NCBI GenBank assembly: GCA_002269645.1
Contig: NIVC01001130.1
Coordinates: 1 to 64,000, forward strand
Direction: 5' to 3'
Source: Macrostomum lignano
Lineage: Eukaryota
DNA: 64,000 bases
In this document: piece by piece, positions 1 through 10,418 of the stretch
Layout of the letters: every line of letters begins with the position of its first letter
Position numbering within the stretch: the stretch's first letter is position 1
The notes under the pieces: generated by a model
The model's database searches: none
What the model saw: only the letters and a program-made list of their open reading frames with translations
Told to the model about the DNA's origin: nothing
Position numbers and translations under genes: made by a program

Positions 1-643
1 CGATAAGTTCCTCCGGCCGGTATCTTCAGTCAGGACCAATCAGAGGCCTCGTATCAACAATGGGATCCCTGCGCCAAACTGCGGTCTAGATTAAGCCTCC
101 TTCTTCTAGCAGTGTGCCTCTATGCACTCTAGGTATAGTCCGGAAACCACTGATAGTCCTCTAAGATCTATCAGGGGCAGTCCTTCTGGAGACTGCAACC
201 AATGGAGTCTAAACAGACTCAAGAGTCTCAACAGACTCAAATAGACTCAAGTCTCAATAGACTTGAGCGAGACGTCTCTAACACAACGGCGCAAATAAGG
301 AAGGCTTACCGCGACGACTCGACCGAGTCTCGATTGACTTGGTATATCAGGAAGTCCTCCTAAGGCTTCCTCTTCGGAGCTTCTCTCTCGTCGGGAGTTG
401 GCTCCTGGTCCGCTTCGGACCGCTTGTATTTATAGGCAAGTTTTTGGTCCGGAATAGTATCATGACAATCCACGTGTTGCGCTAAAAGGGGAAATGGCTC
501 ATTGCGTATCATTTTGGTAACATCTTCTTCTGGTAGCGCAATTCATTCAAAGCTTAGGCGCGCATGCGTGTACTTACTTACTTGTAGTAGCATTATACGA
601 TTATCTTTTTTAACCTTTTTAACGGGAGGTAGAACACTCTACA
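1..643 (-). repeat. LTR (partial, type I)
   Basis: Same sequence as the other LTRs; ends GGTAGAACACTCTACA and is followed by the PPT complement. Confidence 0.9.
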
Positions 644-685
644 AAATCTCCCTTTTTTACGAAAAAACTCGTCCCGAGTTTTAAC
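644..685 (-). promoter_or_regulatory. Polypurine tract with upstream U-tract and hairpin (also beside LTRs ending at 1840, 10278, 13042, 27859, 38906, 49359, 51576)
   Basis: Element sense AAAACTCGGGACGAGTTTTTTCGTAAAAAAGGGAGATTT then TGTAGAG (LTR start). Confidence 0.85.
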
Positions 686-861
686 AATGAAACAAGAAAA
701 TCGGTTGAGTAAATTTTTGTTCACCTTATACGTAAGACTATTTATATTTTTACTCGTAGCGTAATTGCACGTTAATAAGGGTTAGTACTGTTAAGTCTTT
801 GTACAGTTCCTTGGCCGTTACATCGGGAATACCTGTCGTCCTCGCGTTGCTGCCGAGGCAT

Positions 862-987
862 TCAGCCGAAGCTTGTCCTGAGCAGGCTGCTCACCTGATG
901 TGCGGTTCGCGCCACCAGCGATGCCACTGCCCAGTACAGCGACTGAAACTTAGTGAATCGCGGATCCTCGGTCCGCTCCAGCAAAAG
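862..987 (-). pseudogene. RING-B C-terminal remnant cut by an LTR
   Basis: Near-identical to 2084-2209 (LLERTEDPRF...LLRTSFG-stop). Confidence 0.85.
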
Positions 988-1840
988 TGATGTTTCCTTA
1001 TTACCTGACTTTCGATAATCAAGGAACAATCACTTCTAGCTCAGCAGCTAGGCAACCCAGTAACTCAACAGAAGGTATTCAATTACCTTGAGTCCTTTGG
1101 AGATCTCTCGGAGTAGTTCTCGATTTGCTTTAGTTGCAGGTGTAGTCACTTCTGACTTTCGTTTGTAGATCGGGTCCGATTCTTCTTTCTTCTTCAAATA
1201 GTTCCGGCCGGATTCTGTCGCTCGGACCAATGGGAAGCTTCCGAATTAACAATGGGATCCCTGCGCCGAACTGCGGTCTAAATTAAGCCTCCTTCTTCTA
1301 GCAGTGCCTCTATGCACTCTAGGTATAGCTCCGGAAACCACTGATAGTCCTCTAAGATCTATCAGGGGCAGTCCTTCTGGAGACTGCAACCAATGGAGTC
1401 TAAACAGACTCAAGAGTCTATACAGACTCAAATAGACTCAAGTCTCAATAGACTTGAGCGAGACGTCTCTAACACAACGGCGCAAATAAGGAAGGCTTAC
1501 CGCGACGACTCGACCGAGTCTCGATTGACTTGGTATATCAGGAAGTCCTCCTAAGGCTTCCTCTTCGGAGCGCTCCTCTTCCGTGGGGAGAATGGCTCCG
1601 GTACCGCTTCAGATCGCTTGTATTTATAGGCAACTTTTTGTTCCAAAATAGCATCATTACAATTCTCGTGTTGCGCTAAAAGGGGAAAATGGCTCATGGC
1701 GTATTATTCTGGTAACATCTTTTTCTGGTAGCGTGATTCATTCAAAGCTTAGGCGCACATGCGTGTACTTACTTACTTGTAGTAGCATTATACGATTATC
1801 TTCTTTTTTTTTGTTTTTGCGGGAGGCAGAACACTCTACA
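988..1840 (-). repeat. LTR type I (853 bp), 3' LTR of deleted copy 1
   Basis: TG...CA termini; TATA box (plus-strand TATTTATA); PPT adjacent. Confidence 0.92.
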
Positions 1841-2083
1841 AAATCTCCCTTTTTTACGAAAAAAACTCGTCCCGAGTTTTAACAATGAAATAAAAATCTT
1901 GGGTAATTGAATTATTCCACACTTTAACTTTAAATTGGTTACATAATTCTCTTTATTAACATATATGCACGTAATATACATTGTGTGTTAATAAAGGTTA
2001 GTGGTGTTGAGTCCGCGCTCAGTTAAAGTTAATCATATCTTCTGCCGGGGATACCTGCTGTCCTCGCGCTGCTGCCGAGGCAT

Positions 2084-2697
2084 TCAGCCGAAGCTTGTCC
2101 TGAGCAGGCTGCTCACCTGATGCGTGGTTCGCGCCACCAGGGATGCCACTGCCCAGTACAGCGACTGAAACTTAGTGAATCGCTGATCCTCGGTCCGCTC
2201 CAGCAAAAGCAGATAGGCCTCTATGGTCGTAAGCGGTTCTGCTGTACGCACCATAGTCCTGGCGATGTCTAGCAGCCACCGCCAGTCGGCCTGATGCTGA
2301 AGCGGCCATGGCCACGTTCGTACGGCGACGGCCAGCTGTTCCAGGGTTAGCTCATCCGGCTCCGCCAGCGTCAGCTCCGGTACGGCGAGCATCGGCGCCA
2401 GTAGTACGGATGCTGTGTTGGACAGCGGAGCCAGGCACACGGTGCACCGTACCGCTGAAGACAGCTGAAACACACCCAATGCCGATTTGAACAGAGTCGT
2501 ACATTGGGCTGGTCGCCGCAAAGGGCACATTGGACCCGCGGTCTGCGACAGACGGGGCAGGCGGTAAGGATCGTCACGTCGCCAATTTCTCGCGCCCGCC
2601 CGTCGCAGGGGAAGCACTCCTGGTGCCCCCATTCACAAGTCGGGAGCATCGGCTCCCGTGCCTCGAGGCAGCAGGGGCAGGTATCCATCTCGGTCAT
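2084..2697 (-). pseudogene. Accessory gene RING-B (two C3HC4 RING fingers plus helical C-terminal domain), frameshifted
   Basis: ORFs 2371-2697 and 2084-2632 together match intact copies; small deletion near 2450 relative to the 13286 copy. Confidence 0.85.
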
Positions 2698-2767
2698 CTG
2701 TGGGCGATAGGTATAGGTATAGTTAGAACGATTGAGGATTATTCAAGATACGTAACAAGCATATGTT

Positions 2768-3436
2768 CTATCGGTGAGACCTAAAAAGCCAAATAAAATA
2801 GCTACGTGAGAGCACTAATCGTTTAAGCGCGTGGCAGTATACGTGTAGCGTCCAGTGAAATGATTCATGGTCATGCAAAAACTGCCGCAACTGTCGCTCA
2901 ATCTCCAAGGGTGACATATGACGCAAAAATCCTTGATTTCTATGAGCGTATAAGAGTAGCTGTCGTCGCGACCGCTGAACGAAGCGAGGTACTGGCCAAA
3001 ACTCCAGCCGTCGTTCGATACTCATAGCGGTTAAGGTGTGCATAATGTAAACGGATAAACAACGCGCTGGGTCAGGTATAATACGACACCATTTCTTAAA
3101 AATGTTTTCGCGGGGCATACTGTTACATAAGGGGCATCCTATAATGCCCCTACTAGCGGTTTGCTTCAAACAGTGCATGCAAATAAAATGTTGATGGTTA
3201 CAATATTGAAACGTGCGCCAAGAATAACAATAGGCGCATTGTCGCAAACTATCTCTACAGAGGGGACAATTCTGCCATGGCTGAATATAGTGTGAATCAC
3301 TTAAACATTGTCCGCAAACTTTATGTCCATTGATGCAAATAGTCGGTGGCTTGACAGCCAAGTCATCAGTTAAACATATCGGGCAGTCATATAGCTGCTG
3401 AGGCTGGGGCGCCTGTTTTGACAGTGCGTTGCCCAT
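2768..3436 (-). CDS. Accessory gene RING-A: tandem C3HC4 RING protein with N-myristoylation motif (222 aa from ATG)
   Basis: MGNALSK; CPIC-x12-C-x3-H-x2-C-x2-C-x12-CPLC then CAYC-x8-C-x3-H-x2-C-x2-C-x11-CPLC. Confidence 0.88.
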   Translation of the reverse strand: MGNALSKQAPQPQQLYDCPICLTDDLAVKPPTICINGHKVCGQCLSDSHYIQPWQNCPLCRDSLRQCAYCYSWRTFQYCNHQHFICMHCLKQTASRGIIGCPLCNSMPRENIFKKWCRIIPDPARCLSVYIMHTLTAMSIERRLEFWPVPRFVQRSRRQLLLYAHRNQGFLRHMSPLEIERQLRQFLHDHESFHWTLHVYCHALKRLVLSRSYFIWLFRSHR

Positions 3437-3478
3437 AATTGTCGTCAATTTGTCGCTGTCTTTGTGTCGCTCGGATTA

Positions 3479-3541
3479 GTCGCCTTTTACGACAAGCTTG
3501 CGAAGCTGTAGTGCTATTCTTTATCCCGGTCACTACACGGG
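3479..3541 (-). other. Putative H-type RNA pseudoknot plus two small hairpins in the pol/RING-A spacer
   Basis: CCCG/CGGG stem; loop UGUAGUG pairs with downstream CACUACA; compensated to UGUAGAG/CUCUACA in other copies. Confidence 0.65.
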
Positions 3542-3556
3542 GTTGTTCTCGAAACT

Positions 3557-6500
3557 CTAGCGTGGTCGTAGGTTGTAGCCATGTGGCTGGCTCACATCTG
3601 TCGTTTGAGTCTCCTCGTGCTTCGTCGCGATGTGGCGGTTCGTTGATCGCGTGCGATTAGCGTTGTCTAGTGTCGGTAGAAACGTCGCTGTGTCAGTGTT
3701 GATCTTCTTTAGTCGATGAATGTGTACGTAGAACTGGTGCTGATGTGGATCTTGTACATTAGCCAGGCGTGCCGTTGTCGGTGACGTTAGTTGGACCACT
3801 CGATGGGGTCCTTTATACTTCTGTGCATGTTTATGCGTCTGCTGCGGCGGGTAGTGTAGGTAAACGATGTCGCCGGCCGTCAGGGTTGTCGATCTCGCGT
3901 CGTTGCCGGTGGTCAGAGCCACCTGGTTGTCAATGTTGTGCTTAGCGATCTTCCATGCGAGGTGTAGTTGCGTGACGAATTTCTGAATGGAAGTCGGTAC
4001 TTCCACGTACTGTGATGGTAGCAATTGCTGTGCGAGCAGATTCGGCGGTTGGAAGTCTCGTCCAAACATTAGGAAGAATGGCGTATTGTCCGTTGATCGA
4101 TGAATAGCGCTGTTGTAGGCCATTGTTACAGATTGCAGGTAGATGATCCAGTCTTCCGGCTGTTGGTGCGCGAAATGTGTAATCATGTCGTGCAGGTTGC
4201 GGTGAAACCGTTCAACCATGTTTGCCTTCGGATTGTAGGTCGATGTGTAGATCTGCGTAATGTTGAGAATCCTTACGACTTGCTGAAACAGTTGCGATGT
4301 AAACTGCGATCCGTTGTCCGATGTGAGGTTCTTCGGCGTGCCGTACTTGCAAATGATTTCGTTGAAGAAACTCATTGCCACTGTCTGAGCTGTGATGTCC
4401 GGTATCGGTATGGCGATAGCAAACTTCGAGAAGATATCCAAGGCGGTTAGAATGTAGGTGTAGGCGATGCCCTGGAGACAGCTCGGTGGCAGTGGTCCGG
4501 TGATGTCGATGCTTAGACAGTCCATTGTAGTCGACTTCGGAATGGACTGTAGCTGCGGTTTCTGTCGTCGTCCTGTCTTTGATGCAGCACATGAATGGCA
4601 GTTGTTGCAATACTGCTTGATGTCGCCATACATAGTTGGCCAAAAGTAGTATTGTTCCACTCTCGCGATGGTCTTTGCGGCCGACAGGTGTCCAGCTAGT
4701 GGGTTGTCGTGCAGCTCGTTGAGAATTGCTTGCCGAAACGAATATGTTACGTAGATCTTAGGTTTATTGTCGCTCATCCAGTAGAGCCGTGACTTATTGA
4801 TTGTTAGGTGTTGTCGTTGCTTGCGTAGGAATTTTCGTTCCATGGGACTGAGTTTGATGTTCTTGTCGTCGTCTTTAACCGCTTGGTAGAAGTTGTCGCG
4901 CTCGGTTTCATCCACCAACTCCTTGATGTTAGGGATTGGATGAATGGCGTTGACTTCATAGGCTCTTGACAGGGCGTCCGCGGCTTTGTTGGTAATTCCT
5001 GGTTTGTAGACGAGTTTGTAGTTGTAATCCTGGATCTTGAGTGTCATCCTGATGAGTCGGTTGTTGGTCTGTAGTGTAATCATCTTTGGTTTCGTCTGGT
5101 TTGTCTTGAAGTAGCTGCATTTGATGTCGGTTGGTATCTTGTAGATCATCGGTTGGATATGCGCATCCGTTGGACAAATCATTGGCTTTTCCGTTGCCGT
5201 TGCTTTGGCGACTACTGCTATCAGTAGTATCACGATGATCCAGTATAGCCAGTTTTTCCACTTCTTGGACCTTGCCGTTGTCTTTGCTGGCATTGGCCGC
5301 GATGGCCGCGATCGCCATTCGTTATCTTCCATGTCCGCATCATATCCTTCCGGTTGTTCCATTGGCTGTTTCAGGCGGAAGGCTTCTGATTCGCTTTGCT
5401 TTTTGGTTATTTCAGTATCTTCGTCTGCAGCTTCTTCCGATGTTTCAGTTGTTTCACTCCATTGCGTTTGGTATCTTTTCTCTGTCTTGTAGTCGACCGT
5501 TTGAATATAGGCTTCACCATTTCGTTTGTATCGGATCTCGTAGCATTCGTCGCTGTCGGAACTCGGCTTTTCTTTTATCTGTTCTTTTTCCATTTCTTCA
5601 TCTTTCCATTGTATTTCGTAGCCTTGATCGCTGTCGGAGCTTAGATTTTCCGCTCCCAGTTCTTCCTGCATTCCTTCTTCGGCTCGGTATCCGCTCGTGT
5701 CATCATGCACCTCGCAGTCGTGATCGTTGCCGTAACTTATACATTCTTCTTCTTCCTTCATTTCTTTGTCTTTCGTGCTTGTTTTGTCGTCATCCACTGT
5801 TGTCGATTCATAGTTGTTTTCTCTGCCAGTCTTCATCTTTTCTTCGTTGCCGGTGTCGCTCTCCGCCTCCTCCCTTTTCTTGTGATTTACTTTCTTCCTG
5901 TTTTCTCTGCTGTCTCCGGTGGTCTCTTTTAATTTGATCATTTCGGTTTCATTCGTCTCTTCTGTCTTGTCAGTGTTGTCCTCGTGCGTTGTCTTTTTTT
6001 CGATCAGGCTGATGTCAAGTTCCGGGACTGTGAAGTCCATTTCCAAGTCGTCAATTGTGAACACTTGCTGTTCCTGCTGCTCATTTTCCGGTGTGTACGT
6101 GATGGCATTCGCGTATCGTGGCATTGCTTGCGTCGGCTGTCTTTGTGTGTACCTGACGTTGCGTGGCCTGTAGCCATTATTTCTGAAGCGGCCTTCGTTT
6201 CCGAAGCGGCCATCATTTCCGGAGCGGTCATTATTTCCGAAGCGTCTATCATTTCCGAGGCGTCTCATGCCTTGTTGTTGGCGATTTTGATACTGCTGCC
6301 ATGGTTTCTGCGGCTTCTGATTGTTGAATATCTGTCGCGGCTTGTCGTATCTTGTTGACCAATGAGGACAATTAATCTGATAATGTCCTTCTTGTCCGCA
6401 GTAGTAACATCTGGCTGAGGCTTGTTTATTTCGTCTTTTTTGTTCGGCGATAGCAGCTGTCTGGTGCTGCATTAACTTGTTTAATTGCTGCGTCAGTTTC

Positions 6501-7114
6501 TGCACTTCATTGTTGCCTGTCGTCATTAATGGGGCACTGGCTTCCCATTGCATTCCGCACCGCAAAAGGTCTTCTTCGGTTTCGATATTTTCACGCAGAA
6601 GTCTATCCCGAAGTGACGGCTGTGCGTTGTTTATTACGTGCAGGATGAGGTTTTGTTCGCGATCCATCAATCGTTGTCTTTATCTGGCGGCCAATTCTGC
6701 CGCTCCCAGTGGCGGTTGGTCCGCAGCTTGCAGCGGTGGCTGATGCAGTGCCTTAATTATCTGGCGGATATCGTCCACAAAGGCGAGGAAGGATTCTGTT
6801 GCTTGCATCCTTCTGTTATGTAACTTGTGCAGCAGCACTGATCTGTTTGTGCCGCAACGGTTGAAATGCGCGCGCAGTTGAATGATTAGTGCTGGATAAT
6901 TTTGCTGTGTTGCTGCATCCAGCTTGCCGTAAATTTCTCGCGCAGTACCTTGGAGAAGAGGTGGCAGCAGCTGTGCCTTCTCTGGATTTTGTAGGTTGTA
7001 TTCCCTACATACCAGGTCAAAATGGTCGACAAATGTGTTAAAATCTTTCTCCATCGAGAAAGTACCGACCGTTTCTTTGATGTCTCTGTGTACCGTTGGA
7101 TTGCGCCGCCCCAT
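3557..7114 (-). pseudogene. Copy 1 polyprotein: Gag-linker-signal peptide fused in frame to the RNase H end and integrase by a ~3.9 kb internal deletion; frameshift near 6680
   Basis: ORF 6680-7114 (capsid N-half) plus ORF 3557-6670 (CCHC, acidic linker, WLYWIIVILLIAVV, junction TKPKMITL/QTNNRL, HHCC, D-D-E, GPY/F-like). Confidence 0.9.
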
Positions 7115-7810
7115 GTTGTTGATAGGATAGAACGGTAGTTCAAGATCTGGATCGATTTGTAACGGATCGTCCAGTGTGGTGTTTGCCTCGGAATAAACCT
7201 CGACTGTAACGAATTGCCTTGTGGTGTCGATTTGTTATTCGCTGGCCTCGGATGCGGTGTGGCTTGCTGCCACTGGTTGTCCTCAAATGAACTTGTTCTG
7301 TTCGCTTGCTGATTTCGCACTTATGCGGCGTCCCGCAAAGTGTATCTTCAAGTTGGGATGGACTTGTCTTTTGCTTTGCAAAGGCTTTTTCTCGTCTGTG
7401 ATTCTCTCTCTTTGTCAATTAACTCCGCTCTTCACGAAGTTTCAATTAATTTCGGTTTGTTTTAGTTTTTGTGCCGGCAAAGTGTTTCAGTTATTTTTTG
7501 TTTGTTTTGCGTCGACGATTTTTATTTTCGGTTTGTTTTCAGTGTACCGATGAATTTAATTTCGGTTTATTTTAAACTCACACTTGCTCGAGCTCGTCAA
7601 AACAAAAATTTAACACGCGTGCTCAAACTGTACTCAAATTGGACAGGTGCTCAAACCTGTACACCAAATTTTTACTCGAGTTTCACAACGTACGGACTTA
7701 AAAAGTGTTAACTCTAACACGTGCGCGCAAAATTAATGAAGTCGCTCTGTCGTCACGTTACAATAGCTTGATCAGGGCTATTGCTCAAAGTTTGAGTAGT
7801 GCCGAGAGGG

Positions 7811-7821
7811 CGAGATCACCA
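7811..7821 (-). promoter_or_regulatory. Primer binding site (TGGTGATCTCG), possibly tRNA-Trp; also next to LTRs at 22953, 26872, 37563, 48016
   Basis: Starts TGG 2 nt after the LTR end; pairs with a typical eukaryotic tRNA-Trp 3' end (CGGGGUCACCA) using two G-U pairs. Confidence 0.6.
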
Positions 7822-7823
7822 AT

Positions 7824-8693
7824 TGATGTGTTCCTTATTACCCGACTTTCGATAATCAAGGAACAATCACTTCTAGCTCAATAGCTAGGCAACCCAGTAA
7901 GTCAATTAAAGGTACTTCTTACCTTGACGTCGCTTGCAGATATCTCTTCTGTAGTCTTCGAGTAGATCTCGCTTGGATCTCTATGTGATCTCGTAGATCA
8001 GGCGCCTTGATTCTTCAGTTGCTCTGGTCCTGGTTCCTCTTGTACTTCCGATAAGTTCCTCCGGCCGGTATCTTCAGTCAGGACCAATCAGAGGCCTCGT
8101 ATTAACAATGGGTACCCTGCGCCGAACTGCGGTTTGAATTAAGCCTCCTTCTTTTAGTAGTGCCTCGATGCACTCTAGGTATAGCTCCGGAAACCACTGA
8201 TAGTCCTCTAAGATCTATCAGGGGCAGTCCTTCTGGAGACTGCAACCAATGGAGTCTAAACAGACTCAAGAGTCTCAACAGACTCAAATAGACTCAAGTC
8301 TCAATAGACTTGAGCGAGACGTCTCTAACACAACGGGCGCAAATAAGGAAGGCTTACCGCGACGACTCGACCGAGTCTCGATTGACTTGGTGATCAGGAA
8401 GTCCTCCTAAGGCTTCCTCTTCGGAGCTTCTCCTCTCGTCGGGAGTTGGCTCCTGGTCCGCTTCGGACCGCTTGTATTTATAGGCAAGTTTTTGGTCCGG
8501 AATAGTATTATGACAATCCACGTGTTGCGCTAAAAGGGGAAATGGCTCATTGCGTATCATTTTGGTAACATCTTCTTCTGGTAGCGCAATTCATTCAAAG
8601 CTTAGGCGCGCATGCGTGTACTTACTTACTTGTAGTAGCATTATACGATTATCTTTTTTTAACCTTTTTTAACGGGAGGTAGAACACTCTACA
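7824..8693 (-). repeat. LTR type I (870 bp), 5' LTR of copy 1
   Basis: TG...CA termini; PBS adjacent; no PPT on the other side. Confidence 0.92.
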
Positions 8694-9235
8694 GCGGTTC
8701 AGGTAGGACTCAGCAATGGTGAAGGTGAAGTCGGCTACGACATCGAAGCGTCCGTCACAATTGAAGAGATCATAAAGTAGAGAATCAGGAATAGCAGGCT
8801 TAACAGTGCGAGGACACGGAAAGGGCGAAAGATAGGAGGGGTGATAATAAATGAAGTTACGACGATGTGGGCAATAGTACGTTTCACACAGGTAGTTGAA
8901 TAACGGAGTATCATCAAAAGCAGTAAGGCCCTGGATGGCGATGCGCATTTGCCTGAATATGTTCATGTTTAAATTAGAGTAAACGATTAAAAGTATTTAC
9001 TGTATTATGAAGTTTCCGAGACGTCAAAAGCTGGATGTGCGGAGTGTCGGTCCTGCAAGTAGTTTCGATGACGCTGAAGAAATGATTAACCAAATGATGC
9101 TAAATTCTGTAGAATTTGTAATAGTGCAAAGAGTGCCAGTAGGATAATGCAGAGGATGATATCGTCGGGAAGGAGTTGGGGGCAGGGTTGGAAGCGTGTT
9201 AATTGGTTAGTTAGGGAATTCTGAACTATGCCTGA

Positions 9236-10278
9236 TGATGTGTTCCTTATTACCCAACTTCGATAATCAAGGAACAATCACTTCTAGCTCAGTAGCTAGG
9301 CAACCCAGTAAGCCAACAGAAGGTATTCAATTACCTTGAGTCCTTATGAAGTGTCTCTTTAATGTCGATCTCGGGTAAATCTCGTCTGTAGTCTCTTGTG
9401 ACTGTAGTTCGTAGTTCGGGTCCGAGTCTTCTTTCCTTCTTCAAATAATTCCGGCCGGATTCTGTTGCTCGGACCAATGGGAAGCTTCCGAATTAACAAT
9501 GGGATCCCTGCGCCAAACTGCGGTCTTCATTAAGCCTCCTTCTTCTAGCAGTGCCTCTATGCACTCTAGGTATAGCTCCGGAAACCACTGATAATCTCCT
9601 AAGATCTATCAGGGGCAGTCCTTCTGGAGACTGCAACCAGTTGGGTCAAAACAGACTCAAGAGTCTCAACAGACTCAAATAAACTTAAGTTCCACTATAC
9701 TTGAGCGAGACGTCTCTAACACAACGGGCGCAAATAAGGAAGGCTTACCGCAACAACCGACCGAGTCTTGGTCCAGGAAGTCCGACTGTGGCTTCCTCTT
9801 CGGAGCTCTTCTCCTTCCGGAGGAATTGTGGCTCCGGGTCCGCTCCGGACCACTTGTATTTATAGGCAAATGGACCCTCACAATGTCACGTGGGTCCAAC
9901 TCTTCAGCTGTCAAAAAGGTCACGGTTTGGTTGCTGTCAAACTTAGCAGGGTAGAAAGTTACTCCATTGGGTCAGTGTAAAAGCGCGTGATTGGTCATTG
10001 CATTCGAGTTATTTTTATTTACATCTGATTGGGTCACGTGCGTACGGTTGAATGATGCATTTCTCCTGGGGTTTGAGTTTGACAAGTGCAGGTTACACGT
10101 GATTGGGTGATTTCTAAATTTAGCATGTTCGAGGTCTCTCTTTTCCTATTGGTTAGTCCGAATATACTTATAGTTCAAAGCATACCTTTATTCATGCTCT
10201 TCAATTTAATACTAAATAAAATGTGAGTAGTACATTAACACTTTTATGTCTTCTTTACGGGAGGTAGAACACTCTACA
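9236..10278 (-). repeat. LTR type II (1043 bp; different U3 rich in CCAAT and CACGTG motifs)
   Basis: Shared termini and R/U5; U3 segment ~9870-10250 matches 38500-38880; PPT adjacent. Confidence 0.9.
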
Positions 10279-10418
10279 AAATCTCCCATGTTTACAAAAA
10301 ACTCGTCCCGAGTTTTAAAGATGGCAAGGTTTTGGAGGAAGAAAAGTTTCAAGTATCTCGATATATCTGTAGGGAGTATATTTAAATTTGTGAACTTTAC
10401 ATTGTGTACTTGTTAGTA

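Noticed and set aside
190-270. AGACTCAA/GAGTCT micro-repeats in the LTR as a separate element
   Set aside because: Part of every LTR; copy-number changes fit slippage
2768-3436. RING genes as IAP or TRIM homologues
   Set aside because: No BIR, B-box or coiled-coil pattern; both zinc modules fit C3HC4
3437-3559. Stop-codon readthrough from pol into RING-A
   Set aside because: RING-A is in frame with pol in copy 1, but an in-frame TAG occurs at the eighth codon after the stop in both spacer types checked
3479-3560. Assignment of the spacer structure to hammerhead, pistol, twister or HDV ribozymes
   Set aside because: No CUGAnGA core, no room for the pistol P2 helix, and no convincing twister or HDV topology by eye
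3557-3800. Chromodomain at the integrase C-terminus
   Set aside because: Only a GPY/F-like module and a low-complexity tail are present
6886-7320. Recurrent 144-aa ORF overlapping the 5' UTR and gag start
   Set aside because: GTG start directly after a stop, no motif; recurrence is explained by near-identical copies
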